Of a stretch of 64,000 nt of DNA, positions 56,035 to 64,000 are shown piece by piece (within the stretch, counting starts at the first letter, position 1; each line of letters begins with the position of its first letter). Source of the DNA: Clostridia bacterium. GTDB taxonomy: Bacteria > Bacillota > Clostridia > Oscillospirales > CAG-272. The notes under the pieces are model-generated. The model made no database searches. It was not told the origin of the DNA and saw only the letters and a list, made by a program, of their open reading frames with translations. Location: the NCBI GenBank assembly GCA_017517745.1, contig JAFWYJ010000047.1, forward strand, positions 2,150-66,149. Direction: 5' to 3'. Position numbers and translations under genes: made by a program.

Positions 56035-57109
56035 CCTGAGTCCTCCTGATTTTCACGGTGAAGGTCGTGCCAACACCCAACGCGCTTTCAACAGCGATCT
56101 CGCCCTGCATAATATCAACCACTCGTTTTACAAGCGGCAGTCCGAGTCCGTTGCCTTGTGTGGCGTGAGAGGTGTCGCCTTGATAAAATTTCTCAAAAAT
56201 ATGTGCGCCCACGTCCGCACTCATTCCGCACCCCGTGTCGGCTATTTTAACAGTGGCATATTCTTTGTCTGCCGTGAGGATCAGCGTCACCTTTCCGCCT
56301 TCTTCGGTAAACTTGAAAGCGTTTGAGAAAAGATTGTTCCAGACGAGCGAGAGAAGCTCCGCATCGGCACAAACCAACACGTTCTCGGTTATCTCCGTTT
56401 CAATTTCAATATTCTTTCTTTCCCACGTGCTTTCATATTGCAAAAGACTTTCGCAGAGCTGCTCTCCGAGGTCGAAGGTGGTGGGGCTGGGATAGATCTG
56501 TTGATTTTCAAGGCGATTGAGCTTGAGAATGTTCGTCATCATGTCGGACAGACGGCGAGAAGCGTCGGTGATCGCTTTTGCATACTCCATGCGCTTTTCT
56601 TCGGATAGATCGGGCGTTTGCAAAAGCGTTCCGTAGTTCTGCATGACGGCAAGGGGGGTTTTCATTTCGTGGGAGACGTTGGCGATAAAATCGGTGCGGA
56701 GTGTTTCCACGCCCGAAAGCTCTTCCGCCATTTTGTTGATCGCCGCGATGATCTCGTTAAAGCTGTCGTCGCTCCCAAGCTTTGCGATCGGCTCGATCCG
56801 AACGCTGAAATCGCCCTCGATCATTTTTGAGGTCGCCTCGGTGATTTTCTTCACGGGTCGCTCCACGGTGGTTTTGCGGCGCAGATGGTCAATGATCGCC
56901 ATCGCGACACTGATCAGCACCACGTTGATCATCGTGATCTTCGCGGCAAGCGCGATCTCATTTTCTGTAAATTCTCTGCCGACCGACTCCTGCAACGTGG
57001 ATATGAAGAGCATAATACAGCAGGTTGTGACGAAGGCGGCAAGCAAAAAGAAAATGAAGAAATTGCTGACCGTGCTGATCAGGCGTTGGGATTTTTGTCC
57101 GCGCTTCAT
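56012..57109 (-). CDS. Sensor histidine kinase
   Basis: Two TM segments, HisKA H-box SHEMKTPL, and HATPase motifs (DTGCGM, GNGLGLPLV). Confidence 0.85.
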   Translation of the reverse strand: MKRGQKSQRLISTVSNFFIFFLLAAFVTTCCIMLFISTLQESVGREFTENEIALAAKITMINVVLISVAMAIIDHLRRKTTVERPVKKITEATSKMIEGDFSVRIEPIAKLGSDDSFNEIIAAINKMAEELSGVETLRTDFIANVSHEMKTPLAVMQNYGTLLQTPDLSEEKRMEYAKAITDASRRLSDMMTNILKLNRLENQQIYPSPTTFDLGEQLCESLLQYESTWERKNIEIETEITENVLVCADAELLSLVWNNLFSNAFKFTEEGGKVTLILTADKEYATVKIADTGCGMSADVGAHIFEKFYQGDTSHATQGNGLGLPLVKRVVDIMQGEIAVESALGVGTTFTVKIRRTQDELEENR

Positions 57110-57777
57110 TTGATCACCGCCTTGTAGCCGAGACCATGGACGGTTTGGATCTCAAAAGTGTCGCACGCCGAGAGCTTGGCGCGGAGCTTGGTCATATAGA
57201 CGTCCACCGTTCGCGTGCTCGTCTGTGTGTCCACCTCCCAAAATTCGTCCATCAGTTGCGTGCGTGTGAAGGTCTTTTTCGGATAGGACAGAAGCTTATA
57301 AAGAAGATCAAATTCTCTTGCCGTGAGTGAGATTTCTTCGCCGTTGAGCGTTGCGCTTCGCTCGTCTGCATCCATCACGAAATTGCCAACCTCCAAACGG
57401 CGGCTCGATGCGATCTTGGAGCGGCGCAGAAGGGCGCCGATTCGAAGGAAGAGCTCGTCGAGGTCGATGGGCTTGGTCATATAATCGTCGATCCCGATGC
57501 GGAAGCCTCTCTGCTTGGATGCGAAATCATCGCGAGCGGACATGAACAGGATCGGGATGTCGTTGTTGAGCGCGCGCACGGTCTTGGCAAACTCAAAGCC
57601 GTCGACGTTCGGCATCATGATATCCGACACAATCAGGTCGAAGGTGGTCTTATACATCTCGTCATAGGCGCTTTCCGCGTCAAGACAACCGATCGCTTCG
57701 TATCCCGAATTGTTCAAAAAAGAACAAACGCTGCGGTTCAGATCTCTGTCGTCCTCCACAATCAAAATTTTGAACAT
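57106..57777 (-). CDS. OmpR-family response regulator
   Basis: Receiver domain (ILIVEDD...DLIVSDIMMP) plus a winged-helix output domain. ATGA overlap with the kinase gene. Confidence 0.9.
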   Translation of the reverse strand: MFKILIVEDDRDLNRSVCSFLNNSGYEAIGCLDAESAYDEMYKTTFDLIVSDIMMPNVDGFEFAKTVRALNNDIPILFMSARDDFASKQRGFRIGIDDYMTKPIDLDELFLRIGALLRRSKIASSRRLEVGNFVMDADERSATLNGEEISLTAREFDLLYKLLSYPKKTFTRTQLMDEFWEVDTQTSTRTVDVYMTKLRAKLSACDTFEIQTVHGLGYKAVIK

Positions 57778-57929
57778 TTTTCATCCTCCCTGGGCGCATT
57801 TTTGCTTTTACGTTTCTATTATAACATAGAATTGTTAAAGTTTTGTTTGTGTTTTGGACGTTTTTGAAAAAATATTGGGAAAACGGTATCTTTTTGCTTT
57901 CGTGAAGGGGAGTGGCAAAAGAGGAACGT

Positions 57930-57960
57930 CAAAAAGGCAACGCCGCGTTTGGCGTTGCCT
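57930..57960 (-). terminator. Terminator after the HMA-domain gene
   Basis: AGGCAACGCC / GGCGTTGCCT stem followed by TTTTT on the minus strand. Confidence 0.6.
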
Positions 57961-58342
57961 AAGCAAATGATTCGTTTTTTGTAATGGGATTTTGGGCTTC
58001 TTCGACCGTATATCCCGCCTGCCTGATCTTTGATTTCAAAATCTCATCGTCGACGTCATCGGCGCAGAACACGGTCAGCTCGCCCTTTTTCAGATTGACC
58101 TTTCCGGCAACGTCCTTTACGCCGTTCACGGCGTCCTCCACACGGCGACCACAGTGCGCACAGTGCATTCCGCCGATCCGGAAGATCTTTCGATATTTCA
58201 TGTTGGAAAGCCTTTTCTTTTTCGGCCGATTGCGCCCTCCGCCTCCGCAACAACCGCTCTCCCCCTTGAAGTGCTTTACGCTTGAGATGACGCCAAGAAC
58301 CAAGATTGCGGCGAGGAGCACGATGAGAATACAGTCTCCCAT
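57959..58342 (-). CDS. Membrane-anchored Cys-rich protein with heavy-metal-associated (HMA) domain
   Basis: N-terminal TM segment, CCGGGG, then GMHCAHCGRRVE (MxCxxC metal-binding motif). Confidence 0.7.
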   Translation of the reverse strand: MGDCILIVLLAAILVLGVISSVKHFKGESGCCGGGGRNRPKKKRLSNMKYRKIFRIGGMHCAHCGRRVEDAVNGVKDVAGKVNLKKGELTVFCADDVDDEILKSKIRQAGYTVEEAQNPITKNESFA

Positions 58343-58350
58343 ATGCTGTC

Positions 58351-58725
58351 TCACCTTGCCTTTTTGCGATATAGTTCGTCGAGCATTTCATGCGGCATAT
58401 CCGCAAGCAAGCCGCAGATCGCCTTCTCGCTTGCCGCACCGCTGCCGCAGACCTCTGACATTTTCTGTTCTAAAATGCTATAACAAAAGGCATATTTTTG
58501 TGCCAACGCGCGCCCTCGGTCCGTGAAAAAAGCAAGTCCAAAGCTCTCTTGTCTGACAATGCCGAGATCTGCAAGAGATTTCAGCATTTTGTGCACGCTG
58601 GGCTTGCTCAAGCCCAGCGTGCTTGCAAGTTCGACGTTCTTGACACCGTATCCGCTTTGTGACAGGCGGTAAAGAGAGACGATATATCTGATTTGCGCGA
58701 ACGTGAATTTGATATTGTGATCCAA
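58351..58725 (-). CDS. DtxR/MntR-family metal-dependent regulator (N-terminal DNA-binding and dimerisation part)
   Basis: LASTLGLSKPSVHKMLKSLADLGIV winged-HTH. Sits within a feo gene context. Confidence 0.65.
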   Translation of the reverse strand: MDHNIKFTFAQIRYIVSLYRLSQSGYGVKNVELASTLGLSKPSVHKMLKSLADLGIVRQESFGLAFFTDRGRALAQKYAFCYSILEQKMSEVCGSGAASEKAICGLLADMPHEMLDELYRKKAR

Positions 58726-58744
58726 AACGAACCTCCGTTGCTCA

Positions 58745-58775
58745 AAAAGGATGCGCGCTTGGCACGCATCCTTTT
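58745..58775 (-). terminator. Stem-loop after the feo genes
   Basis: AAAAGGATGCG / CGCATCCTTTT stem. Confidence 0.5.
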
Positions 58776-58781
58776 ACAAAT

Positions 58782-58967
58782 TTATTGACTGTTGTCTTTG
58801 TCGGCTTCAACTTGCGCGTAGCCGCCGTGACACTTGCCGCCGCATTGCTTGGCATAAGGACAGCCGACGCATTTTTCACCGCGCCGCTTGGCACGTGCGA
58901 TGTAGAAGACTGCGGCACCGACGATCAGCGCGATCGCGACGATCGCAATATAATCAACGGCTCCCAT
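58782..58967 (-). CDS. FeoB-associated Cys-rich membrane protein
   Basis: 61 aa: a TM helix followed by CVGCPYAKQCGGKC. TAATG overlap with feoB. Confidence 0.7.
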   Translation of the reverse strand: MGAVDYIAIVAIALIVGAAVFYIARAKRRGEKCVGCPYAKQCGGKCHGGYAQVEADKDNSQ

Positions 58968-60985
58968 TATGCTGCGTTCAGAGCGTATTCGGTGCTCAGC
59001 TGCTTGTTCTTTCTAATGATCATTGCCGTAAAGATCGCTGCAATGGCGAGAATGATCGCCCAGCCAACGATGGGCATCCAAGCGGCACCGAAGCTTCCGC
59101 CCGTGAAGAGTGTGCCGAAGAAGAAGACAAGGAATCCGATCACGTATCCAACTGCAAACTGAAGTCCGATACCTGCCCAAAGCCACTTACGGCTCTTGAT
59201 CTCGGAGTTCATGGCCCCGAGAGCTGCAAAGCAAGGAGGGGTGAAAAGGTTGAACATCAGGAATGCAAGGCCCGCAACGACCGAAATGCCGCCCATGTTG
59301 GATGCGCTGATCGCGCCGACAGCCTCAAGGTCCTCGTTGATCAGATGCTCAAACATAAATACGGTCGCAAGAGTGGAAACGACACACTCTTTTGCGATAA
59401 AGCCCGTAACAGCCGCTGCCGCGAGCTGCCAGAGCGCCACGCCGACGATCGGAGCGATCACGTAGCCGATCGGAGTCGCGATGGTAGCAAGAATGGAATT
59501 GGAGGGATCTTCAACCGCTTGGAAGTTCCAGCCGTAGGTCTGCATCATGTAAACGACGAAGTTACAGACCAGAATGACCGTTCCTGCTTTTACGATGTAA
59601 GACCAACCTCTCTGGCACATCGACTTGAGTGCCTGAGGGAAGGAGGGGGCTTTATACTCGGGAAGCTCGATGATGAAGAAGGACTTTCTTGCTCTGTGAC
59701 CGGTAAGCGCGTTGATCAGGAGAGCGCAAAGTAGGATGATCGCGATGCCCGCAAAATACATCGTTGTGCCAACCCATTCCGCGCCGTCAAAGAAGGCGCC
59801 GGCAAAGAGTGCGATCACGGGGAGCTTTGCGCCGCAAGGCATAAAGGGCGTGAGCATGGCGGTCGCTCTGCGCTCGCGCTCGTTACGAATGGTACGGCAA
59901 GCCATGACACCGGGAATCGCGCAACCTGTGCCGATGATGAAGGGGATCACGGATTTACCGGAAAGACCGACTTTCTTGAAGATAGGATCAAGAACAACGG
60001 TCGCGCGAGCCATGTAGCCGCAATCCTCAAGCAAAGCGATGAGGAAATACATCACCATGACGAGCGGCAAGAAACCGACGACGGCGGCAACGCCCTCAAT
60101 CATACCTTCCAGGATGATTGCTTGGATCAGGTCGTGAGCGCCGCTGAGCCAGCCCGCGACGACGTCTTTGAACCAAGCGATGCAATCCACAAGTCCCCAA
60201 AGGTGCGTTTCCCCAACGTCAAGACCTTCCGCAAGCCAGACACCGGGACCTGCCTGAGAGATCCAGAACACAGCCCACATGATGAGCGCGAAGATCGGGA
60301 TCCCCAGCCACTTGTTTGTCAGAATGGCGTCGATCTTGTCGCCGAGATTTCGTTCCTTTGTGAACACCTTGCGGGTTTCAACCGCCTTTACGATTCCGTT
60401 GACAAATTCGAAGCGCTTGCGGTCGGCGGCTTCCACAACGGCTTTGTCGGAAAGGTCGAGCTCTCCCTGGCGATAGGGGGCGTTCTGTTCTTTGCCTGCC
60501 AAGGACGCGGCAGTTTCAACAAGTGCTTTAAGCCCTTTTGACGAGGTGGAAACGGTGGTGATGACGGGACAGCCAAGCTTTTCCGACAGCGCGTCGGCAT
60601 CAATTTTGGTTTCCTTCTTCTCGTTTAGGTCGCTCTTGTTCAGTGCAATGACAACGGGAACGCCAAGCTCAAGAAGCTGCGTGGTGAAGAAAAGGCTGCG
60701 GCTGAGGTTGGTGGCATCCACGATGTTGATGATCACGTCGGGATTTTCTTTTTTTACGTAGGAGCTTGTGATGCTTTCCTCGCTCGTGAAGGGGGACATG
60801 GAGTATGCACCGGGAAGGTCGACGGCGATGAGGTGTTCGCCCCCTGCATACGCCTTTTTGATGGGGTGTTCTTTCTTGTCAACGGTAACACCTGCCCAGT
60901 TGCCGACCTTCTCACTGCGTCCGGTCAGAGCATTATACATGGTGGTCTTACCTGAGTTGGGATTGCCCGCCAAAGCAATTCTCAT
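58967..60985 (-). CDS. feoB: Ferrous iron transporter FeoB
   Basis: G-domain IALAGNPNSGKTT, followed by a polytopic permease. AGGAGG RBS precedes the ATG at 60985; the ORF extends to 61105. Confidence 0.9.
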   Translation of the reverse strand: MRIALAGNPNSGKTTMYNALTGRSEKVGNWAGVTVDKKEHPIKKAYAGGEHLIAVDLPGAYSMSPFTSEESITSSYVKKENPDVIINIVDATNLSRSLFFTTQLLELGVPVVIALNKSDLNEKKETKIDADALSEKLGCPVITTVSTSSKGLKALVETAASLAGKEQNAPYRQGELDLSDKAVVEAADRKRFEFVNGIVKAVETRKVFTKERNLGDKIDAILTNKWLGIPIFALIMWAVFWISQAGPGVWLAEGLDVGETHLWGLVDCIAWFKDVVAGWLSGAHDLIQAIILEGMIEGVAAVVGFLPLVMVMYFLIALLEDCGYMARATVVLDPIFKKVGLSGKSVIPFIIGTGCAIPGVMACRTIRNERERRATAMLTPFMPCGAKLPVIALFAGAFFDGAEWVGTTMYFAGIAIILLCALLINALTGHRARKSFFIIELPEYKAPSFPQALKSMCQRGWSYIVKAGTVILVCNFVVYMMQTYGWNFQAVEDPSNSILATIATPIGYVIAPIVGVALWQLAAAAVTGFIAKECVVSTLATVFMFEHLINEDLEAVGAISASNMGGISVVAGLAFLMFNLFTPPCFAALGAMNSEIKSRKWLWAGIGLQFAVGYVIGFLVFFFGTLFTGGSFGAAWMPIVGWAIILAIAAIFTAMIIRKNKQLSTEYALNAA

Positions 60986-61045
60986 ATTGGAGTTCCTCCT
61001 GTTTTTGAATCCTTTCGGATATAGATTACAAGACACAGACAATCG

Positions 61046-61061
61046 GTTAGCAATTGCTAAC
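61046..61061. promoter_or_regulatory. Palindrome GTTAGCAATTGCTAAC between feoA and feoB
   Basis: Perfect 6-4-6 inverted repeat. It belongs to a group of four GTTAG-N6-CTAAC sites. Confidence 0.5.
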
Positions 61062-61124
61062 TTCATGCCAAAAAAATAATCAGCTTGCTGCTTTTTTGAG
61101 AACACAATTTTTGTGTCTGCAAAA

Positions 61125-61337
61125 TTATATCATGATAGCTTCAGCAAGCTGATTGTCGATGTTATATCTTCCGTCCTTGATGGCGACGATGCAACCGCCC
61201 TTCAGGTGGCGAATGACGGTGATCGCCTCACCGCTATAGCATCCAAGAGAAAACAAAAAAGCATTGAGCTCTTCGTCATCGGTTTCAATTCTGCTTATGA
61301 TGTATTCCACGCCGTCTTTTGCCTCTTTGAGATTCAT
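61125..61337 (-). CDS. feoA: FeoA-family protein
   Basis: 70 aa with an SH3-like FeoA pattern (G....I..I......L..LG...G..I). Start taken as the ATG at 61337. Confidence 0.8.
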   Translation of the reverse strand: MNLKEAKDGVEYIISRIETDDEELNAFLFSLGCYSGEAITVIRHLKGGCIVAIKDGRYNIDNQLAEAIMI

Positions 61338-61380
61338 CGCAAGCTCCTTTCTCCGATCTCGGCCGTTTGGTTGCAAACTG

Positions 61381-61537
61381 GTTAGTTGTTGCTAACTGCG
61401 AATATTATACAGCATTTTTCGGCTTTTGTCAACCGTTTTGGATCCGTTTTTTTAATTTCGTATGCTTTCACAAATCGGTTAGGTCTTGCTAACTGACGAA
61501 GAGGAAAGTTTATACAAAATCGTTAGCTTGGGCTAAT
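61381..61537. promoter_or_regulatory. Three GTTAG-N6-CTAAC operator-like sites upstream of feoA
   Basis: GTTAGTTGTTGCTAAC at 61381..61396, GTTAGGTCTTGCTAAC at 61478..61493, GTTAGCTTGGGCTAAT at 61522..61537. Confidence 0.5.
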
Positions 61538-62027
61538 TTTCTTTTTGGCGGGAAGCAGGTTTGAGAATGATTTGCGGGCTGAACGGTCGACGTTCAGCCC
61601 GCAAATGGATTTGTCTCGGATTTATACCAAGTGAACAGCTTTTAAATTTGAGGCTTGCGTTATCCTCCATACGTACGAGCTCAAGCACACGGTGAATCTC
61701 CTCGTCTGCGTTCTCGATGCCGAGATTGATGCATTGCATCATAAGGTTTTGATATACGCTTGATCCGGGAAAACAGCCTGCATTCTCAATCAGTGCGCCG
61801 ACTCTTACGCGCACGCCGGGATCGGTGTAATCTCTGCCGAACAGCTTGATCTCGCCGCCGTCTGGAACGAGGTGACCGCAGATCAGCTTCTCGGTGGTGG
61901 ATTTTCCCGAACCGTTCTCACCGATGAAGCCGTAAATAGCCCCCTGCGGAACGGTCATATTCAGATGATCTACCGCATACATTGAGCGAAAGCTTTTTGA
62001 AAGATTTCTGATTTCAATCGCGTTCAT
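61533..62027 (-). pseudogene. Truncated ABC-transporter ATPase (Walker A only)
   Basis: N-terminal roughly 125 aa are ABC-like (GENGSGKST). Similarity is lost at ...FKSCSLG, before the signature and Walker B motifs. The remaining frame runs through a 16-bp perfect palindrome. Confidence 0.6.
61570..61606. repeat. Perfect 16-bp inverted repeat with a 5-nt loop
   Basis: ATTTGCGGGCTGAACG (61570-61585) / CGTTCAGCCCGCAAAT (61591-61606). Confidence 0.85.
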
Positions 62028-62106
62028 TTTTTACTCCTTCATTTTGATGTGTAAATGCAACACAAGCGAGCCGCTGACATGCGACTCGCTGATGCTGTTT
62101 GCTTTC

Positions 62107-62355
62107 TTATTTCTTTTTTGCGGCATCAATGCGTGCATCGGCTGCCGCTTTGCGCTCGTTCGCTGCCGCGATCTGAGCATCGCGCTCTTCCTGCATCTTT
62201 GCCTGCCTTTGCGAAGGCGACATCTTGGCTTCCTCCCAATTCGCCTTGGCTTCTGCCTTTGCTGCGGCAAAGTTTGCCTTGTCGACCTCGTGCTGTGCTT
62301 TGGTGCTTTCCTTCATATCACCGAATGCCTTCTTAAAAAATGCTTTGATTCCCAT
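62107..62355 (-). CDS. Small Lys/Ala/Glu-rich hypothetical protein
   Basis: 82 aa. AAGGAG RBS lies about 10 nt upstream of the ATG. Confidence 0.45.
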   Translation of the reverse strand: MGIKAFFKKAFGDMKESTKAQHEVDKANFAAAKAEAKANWEEAKMSPSQRQAKMQEERDAQIAAANERKAAADARIDAAKKK

Positions 62356-62385
62356 TGTAATTGATCTCCTTTTTATTATTTACTT

Positions 62386-62760
62386 TTATTGCCGATTCAT
62401 GATCTTGTCGCTGAGACTGAGAATTTCAGCGCCGTACTTTTTCTTGCGCGAATTGAGAATACCCTTATACATCGGATAGGTGAGAAGCGCCATACCAAGC
62501 CCTACAACACCGATTGCAATTCCAGGAACCATTGCGCTTGCGATGCCGATCGTCGCACCGATATCGGTCATGACGAGGCTCATGCCTGCGCCCATAATGA
62601 TTGCGGAAATGCTTCCGAACACGTAGGCGAACACGTTTGCGGGACGCTTCACCTTTGCATCAAGCTCGCGAAGAGCGTCAAGCTCGGAGGGAGTCTTTTC
62701 CATGTACTGCGTGCGGATCTTCTGTGCCATAAACTGCTGATCGTTTCTGTTCATCATCAA
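62386..62760 (-). CDS. Small 2-TM membrane protein, paralog 2 of 3
   Basis: Aligns with 54738..55151 and 62856..63236 (..LD..V...A..F...G....G.GMS.....YP.Y...). Confidence 0.6.
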   Translation of the reverse strand: MMMNRNDQQFMAQKIRTQYMEKTPSELDALRELDAKVKRPANVFAYVFGSISAIIMGAGMSLVMTDIGATIGIASAMVPGIAIGVVGLGMALLTYPMYKGILNSRKKKYGAEILSLSDKIMNRQ

Positions 62761-62855
62761 TTACCTCTCTTGTGTTTATATTTGAATTTTGTGATTGTAT
62801 TATAACAGCCGATTGTTTTTGATTGTTTTGTGAAATGTTTGCGTTTTGTTAATCC

Positions 62856-63236
62856 TTAATTTTTTGCGGATTTTATAATTTCCTCGGACAAACGAAGAAT
62901 TTCGGGAGTCAACTCCGCCTTGGTTTTACGGGCAATTCGTCTGTATATCGGGTAGGCGGGGATCATGATCAGAGTGCCGATGCTCATAAAGAGTGCCGAG
63001 AGCCAAGCCGCGCCTGCGAACACGTCAAGAAAAAAACACATTCCGATCCCGAACACGAGCGCGCCTGCGATACCCAAGCAAAGGCTCTCGACGGTGCCAG
63101 CCGTTTGAACGTGAAGGTCAAGACGTTTTAAGGTCTCGAGCTTGTTTTCTTCTTCGGGCAGATATTTTCTTCTGATTCTTTCGACTTCCTTGTTTCTTTG
63201 TGCCGAATAATTGTAGCTAAACGTGTTGTTTTTCAT
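62856..63236 (-). CDS. Small 2-TM membrane protein, paralog 3 of 3
   Basis: FSYNYSAQRNKEVERIRRKY...RLD...GIAGALVFGIGMC...YPIY...LTPEILRL. Confidence 0.6.
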   Translation of the reverse strand: MKNNTFSYNYSAQRNKEVERIRRKYLPEEENKLETLKRLDLHVQTAGTVESLCLGIAGALVFGIGMCFFLDVFAGAAWLSALFMSIGTLIMIPAYPIYRRIARKTKAELTPEILRLSEEIIKSAKN

Positions 63237-63378
63237 GATACTCCTGTTTCTTTCGTTTCATTGTGGTTATATTTTACCGTACCGTTTTTTGCGTTTTGTT
63301 GGAGATTTGTTTCCAAAACGTTATAAAAACAATTTTTATGAATTTTGATGCGGATCACGTCCCGAGATCCACTTGTTT

Positions 63379-63705
63379 TTACCGAAACGCTCGGAAATCG
63401 CCGCCGCCTTGTCGTAAAAGCAAACAAGCCATCCTGCCTTTGTTTGGGGCGGTATCGGTGTGAGCGGAAACATAAAATTCGCTGTCGGCTTGCCCGTGCA
63501 ACCGAGAAAACGGGGTGACTTCCATACCGAGTTTTTTCAGTTCTTCAAGACGGCGAATGAATTTCTTCCGGAGCTTTCGGGAGTAGAATAGGAAGTACAG
63601 CATAAATCCTGCGATCGGCAAAATGCGAACGAACAAATGGATTGCTTTTGTGTCTTTAATTAAGTCAGTGCTTGTCAAGAAAAAAGACAGAGAGTGTAAA
63701 AACAT
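63379..63705 (-). CDS. Hypothetical small membrane protein
   Basis: ORF only, with one hydrophobic segment. Confidence 0.3.
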   Translation of the reverse strand: MFLHSLSFFLTSTDLIKDTKAIHLFVRILPIAGFMLYFLFYSRKLRKKFIRRLEELKKLGMEVTPFSRLHGQADSEFYVSAHTDTAPNKGRMACLLLRQGGGDFRAFR

Positions 63706-63777
63706 TCTCTGCCTTTTTTCTGTGGGTGGGGAGTATATTTCTATTTAACTTAAAACTATTGTTAAGAGTACAACCCT

Positions 63778-64000
63778 TTATACCCGTCCTTGTTTTGTGA
63801 TCAACGGCTTTGTTCTGTGATACGCTGTTTGGCAGTGTCTGTTTTTGTTCAGACTTTCATTTGCCATCAGAAGAATTGCCAATGGCTTGTGATTGTAGAC
63901 GTAGGAATAGAGTGTGTGCTGTTTGCCGTTGAGAGAGAGTTCCTGCTTGGTGATCGAGCGAAGCTCTATGAGATCCTGCAGGACCTCCTCCATGCGCTCC
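63778..64000 (-). CDS. Hypothetical protein, possibly continuing beyond the window edge
   Basis: ORF 63778..63993. The frame stays open to the end of the window. No motif recognised. Confidence 0.3.
   Translation of the reverse strand, partial: ERMEEVLQDLIELRSITKQELSLNGKQHTLYSYVYNHKPLAILLMANESLNKNRHCQTAYHRTKPLITKQGRV

Overview
Firmicutes-type chromosome segment, probably a high-GC Clostridia lineage. This is inferred from the conserved run yybS(DUF2232)-gdpP-rplI-dnaB-tilS-hpt-ftsH, from rplJ-rplL, and from consensus sigma-A promoters. It has two parts. (1) Positions ~1364 to ~23680 are a visibly AT-rich accessory island. From 19239 down to 2357 every gene is on the minus strand. In transcription order these are: an HTH-DUF3990-like / DUF3791-like / Fic-wHTH / GIY-YIG-DUF4357 operon; a 4-TM protein plus soluble protein pair (Kiwa-like architecture); a complete type I R-M system (hsdM-hsdS-hsdR plus M48 peptidase); a TIR-domain gene; and an 1102-aa nuclease-like/SF1-helicase fusion. 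The island also holds an amber-interrupted DUF6933/pRiA4b-ORF3-like gene and a large serine recombinase that abuts an orphan 3' fragment of a Mn-catalase (cotJC-like) gene. A roughly 60-290 bp repeat family partitions the island. Each full copy has a terminator hairpin, a hairpin with compensatory base changes, and a 21-bp CCCGGGCAGTCTTCACAATTC box. The copies look like decayed 3' ends of one gene. (2) Positions ~25.2-64 kb are GC-rich core genes: nagA/ROK, a DegT aminotransferase, GH2, deoD, rubrerythrin, a two-component system, feoAB with a DtxR-like regulator, and tRNA-Lys. Small AT-rich islets, gene remnants and several repeat or operator-like motifs are scattered among them. No CRISPR array, rRNA gene or phage structural genes were seen. 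All domain names come from motifs recognised by eye and from memory, and need HMM or structure searches to confirm.
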